Of a stretch of 64,000 bases of DNA, positions 56,277 through 64,000 are shown in pieces. The position numbers and the translations under genes were made by a program. The notes beneath the pieces are model-generated. The model was not told the DNA's origin, did not search any database, and saw nothing but the letters and a program-made list of their open reading frames with translations. Each line of letters starts with the position of its first letter. The first letter of the stretch is position 1. Source of the DNA: Candidatus Poribacteria bacterium (GTDB taxonomy: Bacteria > Poribacteria > WGA-4E > WGA-3G); NCBI GenBank assembly GCA_964291315.2, contig OZ219753.1, positions 928,001 through 992,000 of the forward strand, given 5' to 3'.

Positions 56277-56461
56277 TGAAAATGCCCTCCTATAGGCTTG
56301 GCGAAGCTTGAAAACGGTGTTGCAAGCTGCCCAATTTAAGTTTTTGTATATAATTCGTTTAGCCTTCCAGGCCTGTAAAGAGACAAGCACCTATCCAGAT
56401 CTAACTACTGAGCTAGACAGGGGAAGGTTACATGCCTCCATTTTTTTTGTGCTGTTTGCTA

Positions 56462-58342
56462 CTATTCAGCGTTTCTGTCGACAACCAAGCGGATGATGCC
56501 GCTTCCAGATATAACGTGATCAGTGGGGACTCTATCAATGTGCAAGGTCGTTCCAGTCGTGTAACCACTACCCCCAGACTGCTTTGCGGTGTTCATCACA
56601 GACATCACTGACAGGGGTAAACTCTCGAATTCTTTTCCTTGAACGGTCAGGCCTGGTTCAGGCACAAACAGTTCCATAATAATGTCGGCGTTATTTTCCC
56701 CACGTTTCAGCAGTTCAACAAGCTGGTTGATGTTCTTATGACGAAAATTAAACGGGGCGCGAGCCCGCTGCCACGCCTCGTGAAAATTTGCATTACCGGC
56801 GAGAAGCATGATAAGACCTTCTGGCGTATCCTTAGGAATCGTTATGGTTCCTATTTCTGTTATTGGTGATTCAAGGTACGGCTGAAGCGTTACTTCTACT
56901 TCAACAGTATCGCCCGGACGGTACCGGAGCTTATCTATCCGAAGGCTCTGAATCCGCGCTGTCCGCCGTCTGTCTCCTATTTTTAGATCAAGGTTGACGT
57001 TCTCGACCTGAACATTTGTATAAGAATTATTGCCTAGTTGTGCTAGCGGCGACAGAAGAGTCATCATGACTCCTGCCCCTGGTGAACTGCTGGAAGAATA
57101 GATATTCTTGTAAACCAACTCACGCGTCTTAAGGTCGGGATGATCTTTCAGGGTAACAACTGCTTCCAGATTGAGCGTGTGGTCGTTACCATAGAATTCA
57201 AGTCCATCTATTAAAAACCACGCAGCCATTCCGGTATAGATAGGAGAAAAACTACGATGCCGAATTACTTCATAATACTTCTGGTGTTGTTTTCCATCCG
57301 TTGTCTGTAAATTCATATTTACCGGGATGTAGCTCGGATGTCGTCCTATGATGCCAGCGATCGCAGGGTCTCGGTCTTGCACTAGGGTGCCGATGGGTTG
57401 CGTTGGAGATGCCCACTTGACAGAACGTGTCCGCATTGGTAGAATATAATGTACATAGCCACCAGAAAGCGGCAGGTTGACGTTACCTTCTCCAAATCCG
57501 GCATGTCCATAGCCAAGTAACTCGTTTCCAGCTGTATAGGTAATCGTTCCATAGCCGAATAACGTGACATCGCCGCGCACAAACTCCGTTCCTACTATTT
57601 GCCCGGCCTCCACAGGTGATTCTTTTACGGGGCTCCCACTGCCGGCTGTTTGCACTGGTGTAAAATTAAACCTATCAAAAAGCGACTTAACAATCTGCAT
57701 CGCTTCTGGGTTAAGCGCTGGCAGAGCAACGGGTATGGATAACCTGGTCGAATGCTCCCGCCCCGGGGAATCGACAATACTCTTCAGAAGGCCTGCCCCA
57801 AAAGATTCGCGTTCTTGCAGTGCTCTACCCTCATGGAATAGAGAGAGAAATTCATCTGAATCTTCAAAACTGGTTGCATTTTCTGTGCCGAGGTTAAAGA
57901 GTTGGGTGCCTTCGTAAGTCAAATTAGGTTTCATTCCGCGTTGGGCTACCTTCACCATTAATTCGATCGGTGTTACACCAAAGAGATTTGAATGTTCGCG
58001 CTGATTGAACGATCCGAGTGACACTGCCCCGGCGAGTCTTCCGGCAATGTAAACTGGACTCCCGCTCATACCGCCGGCGACCCCCGTTCGTTTGAAATTA
58101 TCGCTAAGCCCCTCGCACCAGATCACATGCCAACCCGGGGAAAAATTGTATTCGATGCTAACAACTTTGCATTCAAATTCTTCGACAGTTATTCCGGAAA
58201 ACACCGTGTAGCCCTTTGCGCTCATACCTTGTTTCACTTCGGACAACGGCATAAATTTTTCAGCATCCCACTCGATCTGCGAATAAGCATGGGGTGCAGT
58301 CAAACAGAACACGACAAGCATACAAAGCAAAGCCTTTTTCAC
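56462..58342 (-). CDS. SpoIVB peptidase S55 domain protein
   Basis: GTG start after GAGGAG; GYTVFSG, GMSGSPVY, GYGH. Confidence 0.85.
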   Translation of the reverse strand: MKKALLCMLVVFCLTAPHAYSQIEWDAEKFMPLSEVKQGMSAKGYTVFSGITVEEFECKVVSIEYNFSPGWHVIWCEGLSDNFKRTGVAGGMSGSPVYIAGRLAGAVSLGSFNQREHSNLFGVTPIELMVKVAQRGMKPNLTYEGTQLFNLGTENATSFEDSDEFLSLFHEGRALQERESFGAGLLKSIVDSPGREHSTRLSIPVALPALNPEAMQIVKSLFDRFNFTPVQTAGSGSPVKESPVEAGQIVGTEFVRGDVTLFGYGTITYTAGNELLGYGHAGFGEGNVNLPLSGGYVHYILPMRTRSVKWASPTQPIGTLVQDRDPAIAGIIGRHPSYIPVNMNLQTTDGKQHQKYYEVIRHRSFSPIYTGMAAWFLIDGLEFYGNDHTLNLEAVVTLKDHPDLKTRELVYKNIYSSSSSPGAGVMMTLLSPLAQLGNNSYTNVQVENVNLDLKIGDRRRTARIQSLRIDKLRYRPGDTVEVEVTLQPYLESPITEIGTITIPKDTPEGLIMLLAGNANFHEAWQRARAPFNFRHKNINQLVELLKRGENNADIIMELFVPEPGLTVQGKEFESLPLSVMSVMNTAKQSGGSGYTTGTTLHIDRVPTDHVISGSGIIRLVVDRNAE

Positions 58343-58885
58343 AACATTTACTCCTCTCCAAACTATTGGACATCTATTTATGTTCACTACAATATATCTT
58401 TTGTAAATCAGTTGAATAGTGAAATTATCTAATTTACCTTTTCGCTGTTTCAATCCCGCAAGCGACACGTCTAGTTAGTCGGAAGATCTGTAGATTTTTA
58501 CATACGCTTGAGGAGAAAAAGAAACACTATTTAATGTAAGTATTGATCGCCCCACGAAATGGATTAAAAACATAACACTAATCTATTATTATACCCAATG
58601 ATAGCTTCAATGTCAACATGAATTAACAAAAATTTGGTATCACCCAGCTCTCTTGTTGGAAGATTATCCAAATCCTGACTGCTGACTTATCAACTATCAT
58701 CCTGCCAACCCTTGAATTCTAGAGATCTGTTAACATGGAAGGAGGTACTTCTAAAAACACCTACTCCTAGCAGTTGACAACTGATGTCCAAAGCTAAATA
58801 GCCGTAGATTATCTCTATTTCACTTGCTCTTTTCTCGTTCGCATGTTATTTTAAAAAGAAAAAGAGTCTAGGAGTTGCCCATAGC

Positions 58886-60427
58886 ATGCCCGATACTGCT
58901 TGCATCCTCTCAATTGACCAAGGCACAACAGGCACAACCACTCTCCTCGTTGACCTAGAGGGTAACATCACCGCCCAGGGCTATAAAGAATTTACACAGT
59001 TCTACCCGCATCCCGGTTGGGTAGAACACGATCCAGAGGAAATTTGGCACGCCACGCTACGAGCAATAGACGCTCTCTTTGAAGACAACCGTCCGAATGT
59101 TGTTGCTATAGGTATCACAAATCAACGCGAAACTACGCTTATCTGGGATAGACAAACAGGGAAACCGATCTATCCAGCAATTGTCTGGCAATGCCGACGC
59201 ACTGCAGATATATGCATTGCCCTCGAAAAAGAGGGATTTGCCGAAGAAATAAGGACAAAAACAGGTCTTGTGCTTGATGCTTACTTTTCTGGAACAAAGA
59301 TAGCATGGATACTAGACAACGTTAGCGGTGCCCGGGAACGCGCAGAGCGTGGTGAACTGGCATTCGGAACTGTAGACACGTGGTTGTTATGGAAGCTAAC
59401 AGATAAAGCAGTACATAAAACGGATTATACAAACGCATCGCGCACGCAGCTCTTTAATATCAACACACTTTCATGGGACGAAGATCTTTTGGAAATCTTC
59501 AACGTCCCAAGGTCTGTGTTACCCGAAGTTTGTCCCTCTGCTAACAATTTCGGCACTGCCAATTTTTACCGTAATTTTTGGCTTGAAACCTTCGGTAAAA
59601 ATATATCCTTAGACGGTATTCCTATTGCCGGGGTTGCAGGCGATCAGCAGGCAGCGCTCTTCGGTCAGTTGTGCACAGAGCCCGGCATGGCAAAAAACAC
59701 CTATGGTACGGGGTGTTTCCTTATGCTAAATACGGGTACTGAAAAGGTTGACACAGAGACGGGACTTCTAACAACACTTGCTTGCAGCTTAGATGAAAAC
59801 CCAGTTTACGCCTTAGAAGGAAGTGTGTTCGCCGCCGGGGCTGCTGTCCAATGGCTCCGAGACGGGATTCACATTATCAGTACAGCCCGGGAAACCGAGG
59901 ACATCGCAAACCGTATCTCCGATGCGGGCGGTGTTTTCGTTGTGCCTGCTTTTACCGGGCTCGGGGCACCGTATTGGGACCCCGAAGCACGAGGCGCTAT
60001 CCTCGGACTCACTCGAGGCACCACGCGCGAACAAATCGTCCGGGCCACCTTAGAATCAATCGCTTATCAATCGGCGGATGTCGTTGCCGCTATGCTTGAC
60101 GAGACAGATGGGAGGATCCATCGATTACGCGTAGACGGCGGTGCTGCCGCAAATAATTTTCTCATGCAGTTCCAAGCGGATATTCTCGGAATAGATGTAG
60201 AACGCCCCGCGCAAATAGAGTCAACCGGATTGGGCGCTGCATACCTTGCGGGAATTACCACCGGTGTATGGAGCAATATGGAAGAGCTAGAGGCGCGTCG
60301 ATCTAAGCAAGCGAAACTCGACAACAAAACACTTAAAGCCAACGTTTTTTCACCACAAATTAACGCAGACCAACGCAATCTAAAACTCGTGCAGTGGAAA
60401 AAAGCCGTGCGACGAGTGATGAGTTAA
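58886..60427 (+). CDS. glpK: Glycerol kinase
   Basis: IDQGTT, GWVEHDP, TNQRET, GDQQAALFG, KNTYGTG, LGAPYW. Confidence 0.95.
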   Translation: MPDTACILSIDQGTTGTTTLLVDLEGNITAQGYKEFTQFYPHPGWVEHDPEEIWHATLRAIDALFEDNRPNVVAIGITNQRETTLIWDRQTGKPIYPAIVWQCRRTADICIALEKEGFAEEIRTKTGLVLDAYFSGTKIAWILDNVSGARERAERGELAFGTVDTWLLWKLTDKAVHKTDYTNASRTQLFNINTLSWDEDLLEIFNVPRSVLPEVCPSANNFGTANFYRNFWLETFGKNISLDGIPIAGVAGDQQAALFGQLCTEPGMAKNTYGTGCFLMLNTGTEKVDTETGLLTTLACSLDENPVYALEGSVFAAGAAVQWLRDGIHIISTARETEDIANRISDAGGVFVVPAFTGLGAPYWDPEARGAILGLTRGTTREQIVRATLESIAYQSADVVAAMLDETDGRIHRLRVDGGAAANNFLMQFQADILGIDVERPAQIESTGLGAAYLAGITTGVWSNMEELEARRSKQAKLDNKTLKANVFSPQINADQRNLKLVQWKKAVRRVMS

Positions 60428-60428
60428 A

Positions 60429-62126
60429 ATGAGACTCCAATGGAAATATTCGCTTGTTATCAATCTCAGCGTGATGGCAATTCTTGTAGCATTTTACTTT
60501 TTTGATAGCATCCGTGTCCGGAGTGAAATGAATGCCCTTCACGCCTTAGGAGCAGAACGGGGGGCTGAACTGAGGAAGATCGTTGAAAACACAATTCTTA
60601 ATTCCATTGAGAAAAAGATCGAAACTACAGAGGTATTTGATGCGAAGCAACTGGATCAAATGCTGAATAAGTTGAAGCGGGAACATCCGGATATGCGTGA
60701 TGTGCTGAATGTCCACGTCTCTTTAAATGATACACGGGTTCGTGCCAGTCTACTTGCTGCTGAAGCTGCTGTTGATATAAATCTTGATCCGGAGGATCTT
60801 AAGCAAATTGACACAAAAGGCGCGATAATACATACTGTTGAAGGCCAGAATGCAACGGCTATTGTTATCAAATACATTGTGCGTTTGACCGGGCCGAAAC
60901 CTGTCGAGCTGGAAGCGCACGATTTTGCATACGAACCTCTGCTAGATGATGGGACGTTGCCGTATGAAATCTGGGTGAGCGTGTTTGGCGAAAATGTTTA
61001 CGTGCCGGACGACCCCTTATTAACCGAGGAGAAAGGGAAACGCTGGCGAATGACAGATCACGGAAAAGGCGATCTCTATAATCTGTGGAAGCAAGGTGAT
61101 ACCTTGTGGATTCAGAAAGCGTTAACCGGCTACATACAAGTACTTTTTGATGTCCCTTATATCGACAGGTCGATTCGATACTCGCTGCTGATGCATGCAG
61201 TACTCATCGTTATTGTTGGAGCCCTACTTGTGATTCTGATTGATTTGACGACGAATCAGCTGATTATGAAGCCTTTAGAACGTATGACAGAGATTGTTCA
61301 GAGGGCAGAAAGCGGGCAATTCTCATCTCAGGAGACCTATTCGTCGGATGAAATCGGGAGGGCAACCTATAATCTTGCAAAGATGCTTTGGCAACTCCGT
61401 GATTCGCATTCAAGACGGATTGCGGCTTTAGGTCAATTTGCGGCCGGTGTAGCTCACGAAATCCGCAACCCGCTGAATTCGATTGGTATGACGGCGCAAT
61501 ATCTGAAATCTGTCTTTTCCCAGCCGAAGGTTAATCCTGAAGATATTGAAGAAGCGAGGGAACTTTTAGAGATTGTTGACGGAAAGATAAGTGAGCTGAA
61601 GCAAATTTCGGAGCAATTCCTCGCTTTGAACCAACCAAGAAGATTAAATATGGAACCCGTAAATCTCAACCTGCTCATGGACGGGGTGCTATCCGAATTC
61701 ACGCTCGTCGCGGAAGAGGCGAAAGTTCAGATAATTAGAAGCTATGATGAAACCGTGCCTGATATTCCATTAGATTCGACGTTAATGCGGCAGACGCTTT
61801 TTAATCTTGTCCAAAATAGCATTCAAGCTATGCCCAAAGGCGGCAGTGTTTATGTAACCACCGTGTTGGAGCAAATAGAGAGCGTCTCTCCGCAGGTCGT
61901 CCTTGAAATCAGAGATACAGGCATTGGTATTCCTGATGAAATCCAGGATCAGATTTACGATGCCTATTTTACTACGAAAGACGCTACGGGCGGTACCGGC
62001 CTCGGCCTCGCAATCTCACATCAGATTATCACTGCACATAAAGGCAACATCGAGGTTCGCAGTAAGATGGGCATGGGAACGGCTTTTAAAATCAGGTTTC
62101 CGCTTGAGCAAGGTAAAGGTCCTTAA
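60429..62126 (+). CDS. Membrane sensor histidine kinase (HAMP-HisKA-HATPase)
   Basis: Two TMs, AHEIRNPL, NLVQNS, DTGIG, GTGLGL. Confidence 0.93.
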   Translation: MRLQWKYSLVINLSVMAILVAFYFFDSIRVRSEMNALHALGAERGAELRKIVENTILNSIEKKIETTEVFDAKQLDQMLNKLKREHPDMRDVLNVHVSLNDTRVRASLLAAEAAVDINLDPEDLKQIDTKGAIIHTVEGQNATAIVIKYIVRLTGPKPVELEAHDFAYEPLLDDGTLPYEIWVSVFGENVYVPDDPLLTEEKGKRWRMTDHGKGDLYNLWKQGDTLWIQKALTGYIQVLFDVPYIDRSIRYSLLMHAVLIVIVGALLVILIDLTTNQLIMKPLERMTEIVQRAESGQFSSQETYSSDEIGRATYNLAKMLWQLRDSHSRRIAALGQFAAGVAHEIRNPLNSIGMTAQYLKSVFSQPKVNPEDIEEARELLEIVDGKISELKQISEQFLALNQPRRLNMEPVNLNLLMDGVLSEFTLVAEEAKVQIIRSYDETVPDIPLDSTLMRQTLFNLVQNSIQAMPKGGSVYVTTVLEQIESVSPQVVLEIRDTGIGIPDEIQDQIYDAYFTTKDATGGTGLGLAISHQIITAHKGNIEVRSKMGMGTAFKIRFPLEQGKGP

Positions 62127-62157
62127 CAGTCCCGCTCAGATAAGGAGGATTCGGACA

Positions 62158-63549
62158 ATGGCATCAATACTGATCGTAGATGATGATCGAGCCCAACTAA
62201 CAATTCTGAAACGTATTTTGAAACGAGAAGGTTATACTGTAGAAGTTGTCGCCGACAGCCACGCCGCGCTAGGGACCTTGGAGGAGCAGATGTTCGATCT
62301 CGTTATCAGCGATATGTGGATGTCTTCGCGCTTTGAGGGGCGTGATCTGCTTCGAAGAATAAAGCGGACGGATCCAGATTTACCCGTTCTTATCATGACG
62401 GCTTACGCAGAGCTTAACGATGCTGTCAACCTTGTCGCTCACGAAGGAGCGTTTTACTACCTTGAAAAACCTATTCAGATTGAGGTTCTTAAACGAGAAG
62501 TAAAACATGCTCTGCAGACCCGTGGTGCCCTGACAGACATTGAAGAGGAAAGCGACGCGTCAACTCCTGACATTCAGGTTGATGAAATTGTGGGTCAAAG
62601 TGAGAAAATGCGCGAACTCTTGAAAAATATGGCGCGAATTCTTCACCGCGGCGTTACTCAGGTACTGATTACAGGAGAAACGGGGTCAGGTAAAAGTCTG
62701 ATCGCCCGTGCGCTTCATAAGCACGGTGCCCGAAAAGAGAAGCCGTTCATAGCTATTAACTGCGGTGCAATTCCGGATACACTTATTGAGAGCGAACTAT
62801 TTGGACACGAAAAGGGAGCTTTTACAGATGCGGCGCAGCAGAAAAAAGGGCTTTTTGAGGTGGCGAACCACGGTGTGCTTTTTCTTGATGAGATCGGGGA
62901 TTTACCTATTCAAACCCAGAGCAAACTTTTACAAGTCCTTGAGGAACGAGAGATCCGGCGCATCGGTGGGACCCAGAGCATCAAAGTAGATGTCTGTGTA
63001 ATCGCTGCAACAAATAAGGATCTCATTCAAGCGGTTCGAGATGGGGGCTTCCGAGACGACCTCTATTTTCGGTTGAATGTTATTCCGCTACACATACCGG
63101 CCTTAAGGGAACATCCGGAAGACATTCCGCTGCTTGTGAATTTTTTAATCCAAAAGTTTAGCAACGAGTATGTTGAGGCTTTACCTAAGCAGGTCACCCC
63201 GCAAGCGATGTCTGCCCTCAGGCGTTATGAGTGGCCCGGCAATATTCGGCAGTTAGAAAATTACCTTCGGCGTATCTTTGTTCTCTCAGAAAATGAGGTG
63301 ATTGATAGGAACGAGCTTCCTCCGGAGATCTTAGATACCTCGCTGCCGACCACAGATATTGAGTTTGATATTCCAGAGGAAGGTGTTTCCCTTGATGAAA
63401 TTATCAAAGAATATATCTGCAGGGCATTAGAAAAGAGCAAAGGCACACAAATTCAAGCTGCAAATTTGCTTGGCATCTCGCGTCGGAAGCTTCAGCATCG
63501 GATGCAAAAATATGGACTCCAGAGCCGGGACTTCAAAGCGGAGCAGTAA
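62158..63549 (+). CDS. Sigma-54-dependent response regulator (NtrC family)
   Basis: AAGGAGG RBS; ILIVDDD, GETGSGKS, GAFTDA, FLDEIG, WPGNIRQL, Fis-type HTH. Confidence 0.93.
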   Translation: MASILIVDDDRAQLTILKRILKREGYTVEVVADSHAALGTLEEQMFDLVISDMWMSSRFEGRDLLRRIKRTDPDLPVLIMTAYAELNDAVNLVAHEGAFYYLEKPIQIEVLKREVKHALQTRGALTDIEEESDASTPDIQVDEIVGQSEKMRELLKNMARILHRGVTQVLITGETGSGKSLIARALHKHGARKEKPFIAINCGAIPDTLIESELFGHEKGAFTDAAQQKKGLFEVANHGVLFLDEIGDLPIQTQSKLLQVLEEREIRRIGGTQSIKVDVCVIAATNKDLIQAVRDGGFRDDLYFRLNVIPLHIPALREHPEDIPLLVNFLIQKFSNEYVEALPKQVTPQAMSALRRYEWPGNIRQLENYLRRIFVLSENEVIDRNELPPEILDTSLPTTDIEFDIPEEGVSLDEIIKEYICRALEKSKGTQIQAANLLGISRRKLQHRMQKYGLQSRDFKAEQ

Positions 63550-63656
63550 TAGGTATTGATGACCGTCACTCGTCAAAAACCGGCGGTGAAAGAGACTCGG
63601 TGACAACACACAAGAAACTTCTGAATCCACAACCGAAACTGTGCTGCCAACAGCTA

Positions 63657-63998
63657 TTAATACCGTAGGATGTGAGGATCAATTTCCTGTGACCATCGAT
63701 CGATACCGCCCAATAGATACTTAGTCGATTTAAAACCGAGTTGTTGCAAAAGAAACGCCGCATCAAGACTTCGCATACCCCAGTGGCAATAGACCACCAA
63801 TTCACACCCGGGTTTAATTTCTCTAAACCGCTTCAATAACTCGCTGACCGGAATGGAAATTGCCCCTTCAAGGTGAACCATCTGATACTCCCACTCCTCC
63901 CGCACGTCTAAGAGAACAAACGATTTACCTTCCTGCATCATCGCTTTAAGATGCTGTGGTGTAATACTATAGGTATCTGTGTCTAGCGGAAAGATTGC
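63657..63998 (-). CDS. Rhodanese-like domain protein (5'-truncated by window)
   Basis: LLDVRE, YCHWGMRS, LLGGIDRW; frame is open to the window edge (SITPQHLK upstream). Confidence 0.85.
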   Translation of the reverse strand, partial: AIFPLDTDTYSITPQHLKAMMQEGKSFVLLDVREEWEYQMVHLEGAISIPVSELLKRFREIKPGCELVVYCHWGMRSLDAAFLLQQLGFKSTKYLLGGIDRWSQEIDPHILRY

Positions 63999-64000
63999 CT

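Noticed and set aside
61903-62157. N-terminal extension of the NtrC-type regulator
   Set aside because: It overlaps the kinase; AAGGAGG supports the ATG at 62158.

Overview
64 kb of bacterial DNA whose protein signatures (LANYPNPFNPETWIPY FlgD/T9SS-like tail, LamG protein ending GKLATTW, sulfatase, PhyH, Rpn paralogs) suggest Ca. Poribacteria. This assignment is inference from motifs, not a database result. The window mixes housekeeping genes (ggt-like, M29 aminopeptidase, phosphohexomutase, thiE, truD, bioA, glpK, an NtrB/NtrC-type pair) with two accessory regions. (1) A defence-rich block at about 10.8-20.8 kb: HEPN-DUF499 ATPase, DUF1156 adenine methylase and a GIY-YIG protein, bracketed by REP-like direct repeats. 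It is preceded by a leader ORF whose C9 tract could switch translational coupling, and followed by two near-identical Rpn genes with candidate internal antitoxin starts. (2) The best candidate for an undescribed system, 25.6-34.8 kb on the minus strand: a six-gene array in which every gene is followed by the same 33-bp hairpin. It encodes two variable Cys/His-rich secreted mini-proteins and four mosaic exported partner proteins, directly upstream of an STT3/AglB-type oligosaccharyltransferase lacking the WWD pocket and an alternative sigma factor. Also present: a methylase-HNH fusion, a broken restriction endonuclease beside an intact methylase, a ferredoxin-TM-HSP20-like fusion, and an unrecognised ~140-aa domain shared by two secreted proteins. 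No rRNA, tRNA or CRISPR array was recognised.
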